From Octopus vulgaris (lineage: Eukaryota), in assembly GCA_951406725.2 (NCBI GenBank), contig OX597815.1, forward strand, positions 16,492,001 to 16,556,000: a stretch of 64,000 bases of DNA. Direction: 5' to 3'. The notes below the pieces were generated by a model that was not told the origin of the DNA, did no database searches, and was given only the letters and a program-made list of their open reading frames with translations. Below are positions 61,012 through 64,000 of this stretch, piece after piece; the first letter of the stretch is position 1, and the number at the start of each line of letters is the position of its first letter. Position numbers and translations under genes: made by a program.

Positions 61012-61740
61012 TCACCCTATGTGAAAGGCCTCTCCGAAAAGATACAAAAAATATGTGTCCCATATGACATCAGGACAGTATTCAAAATTATTACAACACT
61101 TCGCAAATATCTCCTTTGAGTAAAACCACCAACAGAAGAGAATATAACCCAAGACTGTGTGTACTCCATCCCATGCAGCTGTGGTAAGTTTTACAAAGGT
61201 GAAACATGCTGCCCCCTCAAAATATTGATAGATGAACATCGCAAAGCTATGACACAAGGAGATATTGATAAATCGGGTATAGCTGATCAGGTATGGAAAA
61301 ATGGAGACCACCTCCCCCTGTGGGATGAAGTTAAAATGATAAATGGAAAATACAAAAACTAAAAGAAGCAGCACATATGTTAGGACACAACAACCTCCAA
61401 AGCAGACTGAGTACAGATATGAATAGCATATGGGAACTAGTATTAAGGAAGGATAGGAAAATGTTAGAATTATAAGTCCTAAAATTCACTCCATAATTGC
61501 CCGCAGGCATATGGCATAGTGGTTAAGGGCACAGGCTACTAACCCCAAGATTTCGAGTTCATTTCCAGGCAGAGACATGACTAATAATATCATCAAAAAA
61601 TACTTTAGGAATGAGGACCCAGGTTCGAAATTTCCCCAAGGCACCTGATGAAGGCTGGAGGATATATCAGTTGAAATGTCGTGTTAACAACAAACAAGAT
61701 GAGGACAAATATACATCAAACGTAAATAAAGTAACCAGTA
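61012..61740 (+). mobile_element. Penelope/Poseidon-like GIY-YIG relic plus a 3' segment with a tRNA-like head and hammerhead
   Basis: PYVKGLSEKIQKI..IRTVFK..VYSIPCSCGKFYKGET..EHRK..SGIADQVW; then a tRNA-like stretch at 61505-61572 and a hammerhead at 61641-61684. Confidence 0.82.
61641..61684 (+). ncRNA. Type I hammerhead ribozyme motif
   Basis: GCAC-CTGATGA-A-GGCTG-(10 nt)-CAGTT-GAAA-TG-TC-GTGT: intact core boxes, GUC triplet, stems I and II with G-U pairs. Confidence 0.68.
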
Positions 61741-62028
61741 ACAGATATATAAATCCAATGTTTCCAGTACATTGACAAAGTAAAAACAAATTACAAAAAC
61801 AAATTACAAATAAAAACACTGATATTAAATTATCATAAGTTTGAAACAAAGTTTTATTGTGATAATGAAGATGTCAAAAAAAAAATAAAATAGAAAATAA
61901 AACTGAGAAATGTGAAATACTGAGTGATATAGAAATGTAACAATGTATACAGACTGCTGTTTATATATAAGTATTTCCCATATTGTAGACACAGCGGAGT
62001 AAATAGAGAGCATAAAGGTTGTTTTATA

Positions 62029-62117
62029 CTAGTAACCATTTCTAACGATATCATGTTGGCAATCTTCAGTGTCATTTTCAATATCTTGAATTTTTCTCAA
62101 AGACATGAAGGTATTAT
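62029..62117 (-). CDS. Possible terminal coding exon of an unidentified gene lying beyond the window
   Basis: CTGTAG acceptor, open phase-1 frame NTFMSLRKIQDIENDTEDCQHDIVRNGY*, then non-repetitive UTR-like sequence with AATAAA at ~61853-61858. No recognised homology. Confidence 0.3.
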
Positions 62118-62139
62118 CTACAGATTTCCCTTATATACA

Positions 62140-62654
62140 TAGGTATTATATATCTATCTACTATATATATATATACACACACATGCACATATATATGCAT
62201 ACATACATATACATGTATATAAATACATAGATACACATACATATATATATATACACATATACATGTATATAAATACACAGATACACATACATATATATAT
62301 ATATACACATATACATGTCTATACATATATATGCATATACACATATATACATGCACACACATATATATATGCATATACACATGTATATACACACATACAG
62401 ACATATACATATTCACGCACATATATACACAAACACGCATATATGAATACACACATGTATATACCATACATACACACATATACATATACAGATATATGTA
62501 AATATAACCACATATATACACATATTTTTATAGCTATATATATTATACATACATACATATACTTATACATACATATATTATATATACATATATAGAAATA
62601 TTCACATATTATATATATATATATAAAAGTATATATTTATATGTATGCAATACA

Positions 62655-62700
<46 letters not shown>

Positions 62701-62779
62701 TACATTATTATATGACTGAACGCCATGCATCCACTTCAAAGTTAGTTTTATCTCTCTCTTTCTCTGTATATATACTTAC

Positions 62780-62810
<31 letters not shown>
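62140..62810. repeat. Compound (TA)n/(CA)n/(TACA)n low-complexity tract
   Basis: Seen directly; source of several spurious Y/I/M/C/V-rich ORFs. Similar tracts at ~23370-23550, 25100-25270, 45312-45690 and 46560-46720. Confidence 0.95.
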
Positions 62811-62813
<3 letters not shown>

Positions 62814-63032
62814 TCTCTTATTGTTTGACTTATTTCAGTCATTTGACTTTGGCCATGCTGCAGCACCGCCTAAAAGAGTTTTAGTCGAAGAAAATGACCC
62901 CAAGACTCATTCTTTCTAAGCTTATTCTTCTGGTCTCTTTTGCCGAACTGCTAAGCCTCAGGAACATAAACACACAAACATCAGTTGTCAAGTGATGGTG
63001 GAGCGATGTGTGTGTGTATATATATATATATA

Positions 63033-63076
<44 letters not shown>

Positions 63077-63099
63077 ATACATGTATATATATGTGTGTA

Positions 63100-63370
63100 T
63101 ACATATATGTAAGGTCCAGCCTAAAAACAGCACTGATGGAGATCGTAAAAAGGCTGCAACAATCCTATATGAGGGAGAAAGCAGACAAAGAAGCTTGGGT
63201 TATAAAAAACATTGGAATAATATGCCCTATACATAAAGGGGGAAGTAGAGCAGATGCCAAAAACTATAGGCCTATCTCTCTGACTTGAAGAAAATAACTT
63301 GCTGAGTGATACCCAGCATGGCTTTCGACCAGATAGGAGCTGCCTGACCCAGCACTTACATTATGACTGG

Positions 63371-63375
<5 letters not shown>
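63100..63375 (+). mobile_element. CR1/L2-like LINE RT N-terminal fragment
   Basis: IICPIHKGGSRADAKNYRPISLT...LSDTQHGFRPDRSCLTQ. Confidence 0.82.
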
Positions 63376-63405
<30 letters not shown>

Positions 63406-63682
63406 TTATTCGGGAATTTTTTGTGCCTTAATGTAAACATAAAATTTCCATTTTTCTTATTTTATTTGTCTTGCAACCTTTCAGTAGTTTGAGTAAAACA
63501 TTGAAATGCAACGAAAATTTAGAAAATAAAAAAAGAACAAAAATTTTACTGGTGAGTGTGTTATTATAAGGCACAAAAAGAAAATGACTCTCCCCAGACA
63601 CAACAGTATATGCTTCAACACATGAACTCATATAAAGAATCTTGCAAACCACATCCAAAAATGAAATATATATATATATATA

Positions 63683-64000
63683 CAGGGGTTGGAGAAAATA
63701 ATGGAAACACCTAGCATCATAATATTGAAATTATCTATAAAACTGTCAAAAGATTGTTTATTTTTCTGTTTTGATTTATTATTACTGTTGCTTAATCTGT
63801 TTTGCTAAAATTGCTGTCTCTTTTTTTTTTGTGTGTGTGTTTCAGGCGCTAAAGTAATGAAAACAGCCAAAATGTTTGGTGTTTCAAGAAGTACTGTCTC
63901 AAAAGTCATACACCCATTGAGAAAGAGGGAAAAACCTCCTCGTTGAAACAAAACTCCAGAAGAAAACCAAAACTTTCAGTCCACAAAAGTACAGCTCCCA
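63683..64000 (+). mobile_element. Tc1-like transposon left end with a transposase HTH fragment
   Basis: TA|CAGGGGTTGGAGAAAATAATGGAAACACC TIR; KTAKMFGVSRSTVSKVI..EKEGKTSSLKQNSRRKPKLS. Confidence 0.8.

Noticed and set aside
62114-62595. Many ORF-track proteins rich in YI/CV/HT repeats (also 7958-8597, 14751-15088, 23280-23552, 25032-25318, 45470-45920 and 46455-46791)
   Set aside because: Translations of (TA)n/(CA)n/(TG)n microsatellites that lack stops by composition.

Overview
AT-rich, repeat-dense eukaryotic (animal) genomic DNA. The repeat landscape suggests a coleoid cephalopod, probably Octopus; this is an inference from recalled repeat families, not a database match. The only intact host gene is a 13-exon, minus-strand medium-chain acyl-CoA dehydrogenase (ACADM/MCAD). 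Its CDS is 1248 nt (415 aa plus stop) spanning 6407-42576, and every intron is GT-AG. The rest is mobile DNA and simple repeats: about 15 RTE-LINE 3' tails, at least 8 Penelope-like (GIY-YIG) relics, several tRNA-derived SINE families, a truncated L1/Tx1-like LINE, Helitron, piggyBac, Tc1/mariner and Merlin/MULE-type non-autonomous elements, and (TA)n/(CA)n/(CAT)n microsatellites. Most ORF-track entries are microsatellite or repeat artefacts. The most interesting non-coding signals are type I hammerhead-ribozyme motifs in Penelope 3' ends and solo pLTR-like fragments (one preceded by a tRNA-like Pol III head), a modular double-hairpin array in the RTE 3' UTR, and many inverted repeats inside ACADM introns. 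No prokaryotic system or CRISPR array is supported.
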